From Oscillospiraceae bacterium (GTDB taxonomy: Bacteria > Bacillota > Clostridia > Oscillospirales > Ruminococcaceae): a stretch of 64,000 nt of DNA. Position 1 is the first letter of the stretch; every line of letters begins with the position of its first letter. Both the position numbers and the translations under genes were made by a program. Below the pieces are notes generated by a model, which saw only the letters and a program-made list of their open reading frames with translations, did not search any database and was not told where the DNA came from. The stretch lies in NCBI GenBank assembly GCA_031280965.1, contig JAITFZ010000015.1:78323-142322 (forward strand), written 5' to 3'. This document shows, one piece after another, positions 29,662 through 37,542 of the stretch.

Positions 29662-30176
29662 GTTTTTCAAACCTCCGAACAAGAACCTTGCTCACAGTTT
29701 TCCGTTCACGATTTACCGAAGATTTAACGTTTCTGCTCGCAATTACGTTAGCGGCGGGATTCTACGCTTATGAAGCGCGATTGCCGCTTTCCGAATACCT
29801 TTCGCTTATAACAACGCTTTCGATGATTATGGCATGGATTTGGATTTCATTTGCGTCCGGATTCATGAAGCGCGGTGTTTTCGTTGTTTTTTCGCTTGCT
29901 TACTGGCTTATACCGCAATTTGCAATCACCTCTCACGCGGACACAATAGCTGATTTTAGTTATGACGTGAACCTTCACACGGTATCGAGATTTGCGGAAA
30001 TATTAGTGAGAGCGCCGCTTGACAGTGTTTGTGAAATACTTGATGTCAGTAAGTTTGTTGCGGGTATAGTGCTTCTTTTATTATGTGAAGTTGCTTTCTT
30101 CGGCGGTTTTATCTTTAGGGAAAAATGTAAAAACAGGCAATGGTACCGTAGCTTTTGCGAACGGTATAAGATATAA
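29658..30176 (+). CDS. hypothetical membrane protein
   Basis: 4-nt overlap with the epsG-like gene; 4 hydrophobic segments. Confidence 0.75.
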   Translation: MSFSNLRTRTLLTVFRSRFTEDLTFLLAITLAAGFYAYEARLPLSEYLSLITTLSMIMAWIWISFASGFMKRGVFVVFSLAYWLIPQFAITSHADTIADFSYDVNLHTVSRFAEILVRAPLDSVCEILDVSKFVAGIVLLLLCEVAFFGGFIFREKCKNRQWYRSFCERYKI

Positions 30177-30209
30177 CGATAAGCAAATAACAGAAAGGAA
30201 TCTGTAAAA

Positions 30210-31355
30210 ATGAAAAAAATCTGCGCGTTACTGATTGCGGCGGTGTTTTGCGTCGTTGGCGCCGTTCCCGCACTTGCAATCGACTATGTCCAAAACCCGA
30301 ACTATACGTTCAACGACAAGGCGGCGTGGACACCGCTTCCTTTCAATGAAAGCGGATTCACGCATTTAATCACGACAAACTCCGGCGATACTCCGATTAT
30401 TATTAACAACGCGGCTGTACTTACGTTAACGCATTTGAATGTAATCCTCAGCGAAACACTGAACCCGGGGCAGAAACCGATAGTATTCCGTAATACGGAC
30501 TTGAACTACTCGATTATAATTGACCCAAAATCAGTCGATAAAAACAATCTGCGTCCGATTTCGCTCGCTTTGCACTTTGAAGAAACCAAGAATGCGGCGG
30601 GAGATATCCCGGCGGGTGCGTTTGTGATTACGCCGGCGGCGGGCGGCGAGTTCGCAATGAAGCTTGACATAGTCATTGGCGGGGGAAACCTCGGCAGTTT
30701 CTCGGAAGCTGAAACACTGGCGCTTTATTATGTGAGCAATGCGGGCGTTGTCAGTTTTTTAAGGAATGTTACTTTTAATTCCGACGGTACGCTTACTGTT
30801 TCGATTGATAGAGCTTCGTCATATTTCCTTACTCCTGCTGTTGCGGGACCACAGGGACCGGAAGGACCACAAGGACCGCAGGGGCCGCAAGGACCTTCGG
30901 GCGGCGGAACAACTCCACCTTCGGGCGGCGGAACGACACCTCCTTCGGGCGGCGGAACGACACCACCTTCGGGCGGCGGGACAACACCGCCTTCAGGCGG
31001 CGGGACACAGGGACCGCAAGGTCCGGCAGGGCAGACCGGAGCTGACGGCAGAGATGGCTCTGATGGTCGGGATGGCAGAGACGGCATGAGCGGCTCTGAC
31101 GGTCGGGACGGTCGGGACGGTCGGGATGGTCGGGACGGAAGGGACGCAAGCGGCAACGCGGGCGATTCCGGCGGCAACAGACCTTCCGGTAACAACTGGT
31201 GGAATTATCAAAGCGACAACAACCCGTCCACAAACGTTGCTTTCGGTATAGCGGGACTTGTTGCGGCTACGGGAGCGGGAATTGTGATGTTCCTTTTTAA
31301 GCGGCGTAAGGCTGACGATTTTGATGACCGTGATGAGGACGATTTCGATAATTGA
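30210..31355 (+). CDS. surface protein with collagen-like and GGGTTPPS repeats and NPSTN-type sorting signal
   Basis: Signal peptide; (GPQ)n, (GGGTTPPS)4 and (GRD)n repeats; NPSTN + TM helix + KRRK, then an acidic tail. Confidence 0.85.
   Translation: MKKICALLIAAVFCVVGAVPALAIDYVQNPNYTFNDKAAWTPLPFNESGFTHLITTNSGDTPIIINNAAVLTLTHLNVILSETLNPGQKPIVFRNTDLNYSIIIDPKSVDKNNLRPISLALHFEETKNAAGDIPAGAFVITPAAGGEFAMKLDIVIGGGNLGSFSEAETLALYYVSNAGVVSFLRNVTFNSDGTLTVSIDRASSYFLTPAVAGPQGPEGPQGPQGPQGPSGGGTTPPSGGGTTPPSGGGTTPPSGGGTTPPSGGGTQGPQGPAGQTGADGRDGSDGRDGRDGMSGSDGRDGRDGRDGRDGRDASGNAGDSGGNRPSGNNWWNYQSDNNPSTNVAFGIAGLVAATGAGIVMFLFKRRKADDFDDRDEDDFDN
30841..31160 (+). repeat. coding tandem repeats: 9-nt collagen-like units and 24-nt GGGTTPPS units
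   Basis: GGCGGCGGAACNACNCCNCCTTCG x4; GACGGTCGG/GATGGTCGG arrays. Confidence 0.9.
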
Positions 31356-31382
31356 CAATTACGAATAAAAAAACTTTAAAAG

Positions 31383-31415
31383 AAATACGGGCTGTTTAAA
31401 AGCCCGTATTTTTTT
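31383..31415. terminator. bidirectional terminator
   Basis: AAATACGGGCT-7nt-AGCCCGTATTT followed by T tract. Confidence 0.85.
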
Positions 31416-31420
31416 AGCAT

Positions 31421-31448
31421 TTATACTAAAATCCATTTAACAGTATTA
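31421..31448. repeat. modular intergenic repeat, copy 3 (minimal, ends only)
   Basis: TTATACTAAAATCCATTTAACAGTATTA joins the left and right ends of copy 1. Confidence 0.6.
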
Positions 31449-31547
31449 CCACCATCCGCGTCTGCGATAACGGCAATTACGTTTTTGTGTTATACAGCCT
31501 GCCGTCCACCACGGAATGAACCGACCTCTTCTTGGGAAAAAAGGCAT
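31446..31547 (-). CDS. 33-aa Arg/Trp-rich peptide (not in the ORF track)
   Basis: GGGGGA RBS 7 nt before ATG; MPFFPRRGRFIPWWTAGCITQKRNCRYRRRGWW. Confidence 0.5.
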   Translation of the reverse strand: MPFFPRRGRFIPWWTAGCITQKRNCRYRRRGWW

Positions 31548-31618
31548 AACATGTTCCCCCTTGTAATTAATATGACGATTTATGTCGTATTACAGGTTAT
31601 GCTATTCGCGCTAAAAGT

Positions 31619-31648
31619 GACACCGACTTTTTTAAAAAGCATAATATG
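31619..31648 (+). promoter_or_regulatory. putative mother-cell (sigmaK/sigmaE-type) promoter of the cotJ operon
   Basis: GACA-17-CATAATATG versus sigmaK consensus ACA-16/17-CATANNNT. Confidence 0.5.
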
Positions 31649-31682
31649 AATTAAGAATTTAATTCAGAAAGGAAGGAATTTT

Positions 31683-31853
31683 ATGCACAATAAAATGAAT
31701 ACGGGACATCCGAGGGTCGGTTACGCATACGTTGTACCGCAACGGCTCGGCAAGGTTTATCCGCCGAAAAAGGCGCTTATGGCGGGTACTGTTTTCCCCG
31801 AATTAAACATAGGCATTCAAGACTATACAAGGGGGATTTGGAATGGAAAGTAG
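31683..31853 (+). CDS. cotJA: spore coat associated protein CotJA (not in the ORF track)
   Basis: 56 aa; YAYVVPQRLGKVYPPKKALMAGTVFPELN matches the CotJA pattern; AAGGAAGG RBS; overlaps the cotJB start. Confidence 0.88.
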   Translation: MHNKMNTGHPRVGYAYVVPQRLGKVYPPKKALMAGTVFPELNIGIQDYTRGIWNGK

Positions 31854-32130
31854 AATTACAAACGATTGTTGCAAACCTATACCGCAGGACTGCTCGCTGC
31901 TGATGGATAAGTTATGCGAGGCACACTTTTTTGCACATGACCTGAAGCTTTATCTGGACACGCATCCGGACGACCAAGCGGCACTTGATATGTATAGGGA
32001 AGCATGCAGGCAATACTGCGCCTGCGTTGAAGCTTTTGAAAGTTGCTGTTATCCTTTGCGTGAGTGCAGTGCGGGCGAAAACGGCGAGTGGGATTGGCTT
32101 TGCGGAGCATGGCCGTCGGAAAGGATATAG
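31843..32130 (+). CDS. cotJB: spore coat protein CotJB
   Basis: F..HDLKLYLDTHPDD..AL..Y, YPL and W.W...WP.E. Confidence 0.93.
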   Translation: MESRITNDCCKPIPQDCSLLMDKLCEAHFFAHDLKLYLDTHPDDQAALDMYREACRQYCACVEAFESCCYPLRECSAGENGEWDWLCGAWPSERI

Positions 32131-32138
32131 GTGAATGT

Positions 32139-32236
32139 ATGTTTATTTTTGAAAAAAGAACGCAGATGCCTGTCAGAATACATAATAAAAATCCTAAGCT
32201 GGCGGGGTTTATACTTACGCAGTACGGCGGACCCGA
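32139..32236 (+). pseudogene. cotJC: 5' fragment (32 codons) of CotJC manganese-catalase family gene, interrupted
   Basis: MFIFEKRTQMPVRIHNKNPKLAGFILTQYGGP matches the CotJC N-terminus (..YEK.LQYPV.I..PNP.LA..I..QYGG.DGEL). Sequence diverges after CCC GA and stops at 32285. Confidence 0.88.
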
Positions 32237-32299
32237 GGAGCCGCCTTGTTTTATTGCGCCCTGTGAAAAGCGCGGTTTAGCTTGAAAAAGATAAAATTA

Positions 32300-32328
32300 T
32301 TGACTTTTTATTTTCTGTATGTTATAAT
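32300..32328 (+). promoter_or_regulatory. sigmaA promoter upstream of flagellin
   Basis: TTGACT-17-TATAAT with TGn extended -10. Confidence 0.75.
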
Positions 32329-32393
32329 TATAGTAACAATTTTATACATTCATAGGGAAAGTGAAACAAGCAAGTGTTTTGGAGGGAAAAGCC

Positions 32394-33257
32394 ATGACAG
32401 TGAGAAACAGTCTTAATGCGATGGGTTTGGCAAACAGATTAAGCATCAACTCCAATCAAACAGGCAAAACTTCAAGAAATATAGCCTCCGGCTCCCGTAT
32501 TAACCGCGCCGCTAACGATGCGGCAGGGCTTGCCATTGCTATGAAGATGCAATCGCAGATTGGCGGAACGGGTCAGGCTGTTCGTAATGTCGCCGACGGC
32601 ATGAGTTTAATTCAAACTGCGGAAGGCGCACTCGGCGGAACACAGGCAATGCTCGGACGAATAGAAATGCTTTCTGTTCAAGCCGCAAACGGAACCCTTA
32701 CTGATACACAGCGCGGATTTATTCAAATGGAAATAGACCAAATAAAATCTGAAATCAACAGGGTTTCAAGCGCTACCAATTTTAACGGCATTAATCTGCT
32801 TGACGGTTCTGTTTCGGGCGAAAACGGCGGTTTAACCTTGCAAATCGGTGCAGATGACGCCGCCGAACAAAGATTCGACGTTAATATTGAGGCAATGAAT
32901 ACCCGCGCACTCGGATTATCCGGGCTTGATGTCAGAACTGCGGGCAGTGCTTTAAATGCTATTGGTGATGCAAACCGGGCGATTGGGTTGGTTTCCGAGC
33001 AAAGGGCATCTCTCGGTGCAATGCAGAACAGGCTCGAACATACTGTGAACGGCTTAACAAATGCTTCTGAAAATCTAACGGCGGCAAAATCAAGAATAGG
33101 CGATGCCGATATGGCGGCTGAAATGATTGCTTTGACGACGAACAATATTTTACAGCAAGCGTCAATTGCTATGCTGGCTCATAAAATCAAAGAGCCGCAG
33201 GGTGTGTTGAAGTTACTGGGACAAAATACCGCGCCGTCAATTAATTTTAAGGCTTAA
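32394..33257 (+). CDS. fliC: minimal flagellin (D0-D1 only), divergent
   Basis: ASGSRINRAANDAAGLAIA, IQTAEGAL, NFNGINLLDG, LQIGA, RASLGAMQNRLEH and SRIGDADMA; start at 32394 after GGAGGG. Confidence 0.92.
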   Translation: MTVRNSLNAMGLANRLSINSNQTGKTSRNIASGSRINRAANDAAGLAIAMKMQSQIGGTGQAVRNVADGMSLIQTAEGALGGTQAMLGRIEMLSVQAANGTLTDTQRGFIQMEIDQIKSEINRVSSATNFNGINLLDGSVSGENGGLTLQIGADDAAEQRFDVNIEAMNTRALGLSGLDVRTAGSALNAIGDANRAIGLVSEQRASLGAMQNRLEHTVNGLTNASENLTAAKSRIGDADMAAEMIALTTNNILQQASIAMLAHKIKEPQGVLKLLGQNTAPSINFKA

Positions 33258-33311
33258 GCAGTAAAACCGACTGCTCTGCATTGAGAAGCGCCCCGAAAAT
33301 CAAACGGAAAA

Positions 33312-34190
33312 CTACTCAATATTTTGTATCTGCTCCCTTATTTTTTCCAGTTCGCTCTTCAAATCCACCACGATTTTTGTCACCCTCAAATCCTGCGCTT
33401 TCGAGCCGATTGTATTAACTTCTCGGTTAATTTCCTGCACTAAAAAGTCTAATTTCCGTCCCACAACATCCTCGCCGTCCAACATTTCGCGAAGCTGTGA
33501 AATGTGGCTGTTAAGCCGTACAGTTTCCTCATCTACGGCGGTTTTCTCGGCGAAAACTGCTGCTTCAAGCAACACTCGCTGTTCATCTATTTGCATGTTT
33601 TCGAGAATCTCCCTGAGCTTTTCAAAAAGCCTGTTGCGATAATTCGCTGTGGTTTCGGGGGAGATTTTTTCAACTTCCGAAACTTTTCTTTCAATAACAG
33701 TGATTTTTTCAAGCAGGTCGGCTTTAATTTTTTGTCCCTCATTTTCACGCATAAGTATGAATTTATCAAGCGCCGAAGCCGCTACTGAAGCAACTCCGCG
33801 CCAAATTTCGTCTTCATCGGTGTCGGCTTTCAAAACATTAAATGCATCGGTCATTCTGAAAATGTCCGACAGAGAAAGGTCGTCAACAAGGCATAAATCA
33901 TCTTTTATTTCACGCAAAGCGGTGATGTAATTTTCGACCACAGGCAGATTCACGCTGATTTGCGTTTCTTTGCCGGCAATGTTGTAAATTGAAAGCGAAA
34001 CCTCGATTTTTCCGCGCCCTGTTTTGTCCTGAATAAGTTGCTTGAGCTTATCCTCCAGATAATTGTAGGAGCGCGGGAGTTTTGCAGAAAATTCAAAGTA
34101 GCGGTGGTTGACCGAGCGGATTTCAACTAAAATATCTCTTCCGTCAATCACCTCGCGCGCACGTCCGAAGCCTGTCATACTGCGAATCAT
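33312..34190 (-). CDS. yloC: YicC/YloC family endoribonuclease
   Basis: MIRSMTGFGR, EIRSVNHRY, EETVRLNSH and GRKLDFLVQEINREVNTIGSK. Confidence 0.95.
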   Translation of the reverse strand: MIRSMTGFGRAREVIDGRDILVEIRSVNHRYFEFSAKLPRSYNYLEDKLKQLIQDKTGRGKIEVSLSIYNIAGKETQISVNLPVVENYITALREIKDDLCLVDDLSLSDIFRMTDAFNVLKADTDEDEIWRGVASVAASALDKFILMRENEGQKIKADLLEKITVIERKVSEVEKISPETTANYRNRLFEKLREILENMQIDEQRVLLEAAVFAEKTAVDEETVRLNSHISQLREMLDGEDVVGRKLDFLVQEINREVNTIGSKAQDLRVTKIVVDLKSELEKIREQIQNIE

Positions 34191-34209
34191 TTTATATAGT
34201 TTCCTTTCG

Positions 34210-35457
34210 TTAGTTTGTCAAATTTAATATATTTTGCGCGGCGTTAAGTACGCCGATTTTTCCTGTCGCATAAGTCAGTCCGCCCTGAAGCCACACCGCG
34301 TAAGGTTCCCGCAAAGGCGCGTCGGCACTGAGTTCAATTGACGAACCCATTGTGAACGCACCTGCCGCCATAATTACATCATCAGCGTAACCGGGCATTG
34401 CCCAGGGTTCAGGTGAAGCATAGCTGTCAATCGGGCTTCCCGCCTGTATTCCGCGGCAGAAAGCAATTAATTTTTCGCGGTTTCCAAGCTTAATCGCAAC
34501 AGGTAAATCAACCCGCTTTTCGCTATAATGCGGAAAGGTCTCATATCCTGACAATTCAAATAAAGCGGACGCGAAAACCGTGGTCATCAAAGCGTTTGCG
34601 GTTATTTCCGGCGCGAGGAAAACTCCAAGCAAAATCTCTCTCGTCATGCCTAAAGTGCAGCCAGCTTCCATGCCGATTCCGACCGCCGAAAGCCGCTGGG
34701 CACATAAATCCGTCAAATCTTTTCTGCCTGCGATATAACCTCCGGTTCGCGCGATTCCGCCGCCGGGATTTTTAATTAAACTTCCGATTGTTAAGTCTGC
34801 ATCCGCATTTGCCGGCTCAGTGATTTCGCAGAATTCACCGTAACAATTGTCAACTATTATAATTGCGTTTTCATTGATTTTTTTTGTCAACTTGACAATT
34901 TCTTTGATTTCACTCACACTTAACGACTGCCTTAATGTATATCCGCGTGAACGTTGAATATAAGCGACTTTGCAAGCTTTTATAAGTTCTGCGTTTTCCT
35001 GCAAATTACTGCCGAAATCAAGCTCGGCATATTTTATTCCAAACTCTTTCAAAGAACCGCCGGAATCAGCGTGAATTACGCCTTTTAATGTGTCATATGG
35101 GCTTCCGGTCAGTGACAGCATTAAATCACCGGGACGTAAAACGCCGAATAAAGCACAGGAAATAGCGTGAGTTCCGCTTATGAAATTGTGACGGCAAATC
35201 GCACTTTCAGCACCGAAAACCGTTGCAAAAACAGCATCGGTTTTTTCTCTGCCGATGTCGTTGTAACCGTAACCGTCGGTGGGGTTAAAGTGAGATGTAC
35301 TGACTTTGTTTTCAATAAAAGCGCGAAGAACTTTTTCGCCGTTTATACGTGCGATTTCGCGTATTTCTGCGAACTTATTCGTGCATAAAGTCTCAGCTTT
35401 TTCAGCTAATTTTATTAACTTTGAATCAAAATTAAACGTCATATTACAACTCCGCAA
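34210..35457 (-). CDS. methionine gamma-lyase family / aluminium resistance (YnbB-like) PLP protein
   Basis: GYGYND.GRE, ISGTHAI, QRSRGY, VDNCYGEF, GSLIKNPGGG and MPGY.D.VIMAAG.F..GSSIELSAD. Confidence 0.93.
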   Translation of the reverse strand: MRSCNMTFNFDSKLIKLAEKAETLCTNKFAEIREIARINGEKVLRAFIENKVSTSHFNPTDGYGYNDIGREKTDAVFATVFGAESAICRHNFISGTHAISCALFGVLRPGDLMLSLTGSPYDTLKGVIHADSGGSLKEFGIKYAELDFGSNLQENAELIKACKVAYIQRSRGYTLRQSLSVSEIKEIVKLTKKINENAIIIVDNCYGEFCEITEPANADADLTIGSLIKNPGGGIARTGGYIAGRKDLTDLCAQRLSAVGIGMEAGCTLGMTREILLGVFLAPEITANALMTTVFASALFELSGYETFPHYSEKRVDLPVAIKLGNREKLIAFCRGIQAGSPIDSYASPEPWAMPGYADDVIMAAGAFTMGSSIELSADAPLREPYAVWLQGGLTYATGKIGVLNAAQNILNLTN

Positions 35458-36487
35458 TTTTATATGCCATTTTTTCAGCTAAAATGCGCATTTCAAATAA
35501 ATCATCTTCTTTTATTACACATGACGGCGAGTGCAAATATCTGCATGGTGCGGCAAGGCAAATTGTACGGATTCCGCCTGCTGTTTTGTGTATAGTTCCG
35601 CTGTCGTTTCCGCCTGCGATTTGAGTTTTGGTTTGACATTTTAAATTATTTTCGGCGGCTGTTTCAAATGCTAATTTGTAAAGTTGTTTGTCGTATACGG
35701 TACTTTTATCCATGAAAGGAACGACTGTGCCGTTTCCTATTTTACAAACCTGATTTTCATCCTCAACACCCGAAATATCACAGGCGGTTGTAGCCTCTAA
35801 AACCAGCGCGAAATCAGGCTTTACGGCATATGCGGCAACCCCTGCCCCGCGCGCCCCTATTTCTTCCTGCACTGTAAAAACAAAGTGCATGTCAATGTCA
35901 AGTTCTGATAAAATCATGTCAAGCATAACGGCACATCCAAGCCTGTCATCAAGCGCTTTCCCTTTTATATAATTATCGCCGAACTTGACAAATTCACTTC
36001 TGAAATAAGCAAAATCTCCGAGAGATATAAACTTTTCTGCATCATTTTTGCTGTTTGCGCCTATATCTGCATAAATCCCGGAAAGTTTAGGCTGCTTGTC
36101 TTTCTCGTCACCATCAAGGTGATGAATGGGCTTGCCGCCTATTACGCCGTATATTTCGGAATCCCCGCTTTTAAAGCATATATGACGCCCGAAAACCACA
36201 GAATCCGAAATGCCGCCTACCGCCGATAAAGAAATAAAACCATCAGAAGTTATACCGCGAACAACAAATCCGACTTCGTCCATGTGCGCGCAAATCATAA
36301 TTTTATTTTTAGGCTTTTTTTTATTTTTATCACGAACAATTAAATTTCCGAGATTGTCAAATGAAATCTCGCAAGAAGCGTCTTTTAGCGCGTTTACAAT
36401 GTATTTACGAATGTCAAGTTCGTCGCCTGAAACAGCGTTTAATAAACATAAATCTCTTAAAAAATTAGTGATTCTTTCCATGTTCAC
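35444..36487 (-). CDS. M42 family metallopeptidase
   Basis: AHMDEVG, KALDDRLG, FTVQEEIG, GGNDSG and RYLHS. Confidence 0.93.
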   Translation of the reverse strand: MNMERITNFLRDLCLLNAVSGDELDIRKYIVNALKDASCEISFDNLGNLIVRDKNKKKPKNKIMICAHMDEVGFVVRGITSDGFISLSAVGGISDSVVFGRHICFKSGDSEIYGVIGGKPIHHLDGDEKDKQPKLSGIYADIGANSKNDAEKFISLGDFAYFRSEFVKFGDNYIKGKALDDRLGCAVMLDMILSELDIDMHFVFTVQEEIGARGAGVAAYAVKPDFALVLEATTACDISGVEDENQVCKIGNGTVVPFMDKSTVYDKQLYKLAFETAAENNLKCQTKTQIAGGNDSGTIHKTAGGIRTICLAAPCRYLHSPSCVIKEDDLFEMRILAEKMAYKIAEL

Positions 36488-37491
36488 CTCAATATAAATT
36501 CTGCAATTAACTGTCCGGTTGCTTCGATATCAGAAAGTTGTAAAGTTTCCGCGGGTGTGTGCATGTTACGCAAGGGAATTGACAAAAGAGCGCATTTTAC
36601 GCCGTTTCGTGTGATTGAAACAGCATCGGCGTCAGTACTTGTTTTACCGCTCATAACCTCGATTTGGTGTGTTATGTTTTTTTCTTTTGCAATACACGTC
36701 ACGTCCTCAAATAAGCCGCGGTCAAGCGAAGGCGCGCTTCCAATCATTACGCCGTTTCCGAGTTTCCATGTACTGTTTTCTTTTGCTCCCGGATAATCGC
36801 CGAAACTTACATCAACAGCAATCGCCAAATCGGGATTCACGCTATAAGCCGCAATCCCCGCGCCTCGTTTACCAAGTTCCTCCTGCGATGAAAAAGTAAC
36901 GGCTAAATTATACTTTAATTTTTTGCCTTTTAATAAATATAAAGCATATAAAATCGCACAAACACCCGCCCTGTCATCAAGGGCGCGTGCGGTGATTCTG
37001 TCGTTTTGAAGCTCTGTGAACTGCGCGTCAATTGTTACCGGGTCGCCGAGTGAAACCAACTTGTCAAGTTCCTCTTTTGTGAAACCGCAATCAATTGCGA
37101 TTTCATCTTCTTTAATGGCTTTTACTGTATCTTTTATTACGTGCGGCGGAAGCGTACAGACTATACCTTTAATCGGCTTTTTACTCCATATTGTAACTTG
37201 AGAGGCGGGTAAAGCTCGCCTGTCAATTCCGCCCGCCCTGCCGACTTTGAGAAAGCCTTTGTCATCAATGAATTTGACAATCATTCCTATTTCATCAATG
37301 TGCGCATCAAGCAAGAGTAAAGGTAAGTTACCGTCAAATTTCATGCTGCCCGCAACTGTACCGAAATTGTCAATTTCTGCATTCGGTATGTGTTCGGAAA
37401 GCAACTCGCAAGCCGCTTCCGAAGCGGCGTTTTCACTGCCGGCTACACCGGCAGGTTCGCAGAGAATTTTTAATGTTTCTTTAAGGTTCAT
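36484..37491 (-). CDS. M42 family metallopeptidase (paralog)
   Basis: DAHIDEIG, RALDDRAG, QEELG, STDAD and RNMHTP; likely start MNLKETL at 37491. Confidence 0.92.
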   Translation of the reverse strand: MNLKETLKILCEPAGVAGSENAASEAACELLSEHIPNAEIDNFGTVAGSMKFDGNLPLLLLDAHIDEIGMIVKFIDDKGFLKVGRAGGIDRRALPASQVTIWSKKPIKGIVCTLPPHVIKDTVKAIKEDEIAIDCGFTKEELDKLVSLGDPVTIDAQFTELQNDRITARALDDRAGVCAILYALYLLKGKKLKYNLAVTFSSQEELGKRGAGIAAYSVNPDLAIAVDVSFGDYPGAKENSTWKLGNGVMIGSAPSLDRGLFEDVTCIAKEKNITHQIEVMSGKTSTDADAVSITRNGVKCALLSIPLRNMHTPAETLQLSDIEATGQLIAEFILR

Positions 37492-37542
37492 TAATTTTTT
37501 TCCTCGTATCATTAACATATTCCAAACATCGGCAAGCAACAG

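Noticed and set aside
30728-31358. Several overlapping antisense ORFs
   Set aside because: Products of the G/C-rich repeats of the collagen-like gene.
32237-32280. GAGCCG...CGGTTT after the cotJC break as group II intron domain V, or introns as the cause of either break
   Set aside because: Spacing and inner sequence do not fit domain V, and it would belong at the intron 3' end. Neither break is followed by GTGCG and no reverse transcriptase ORF is present.
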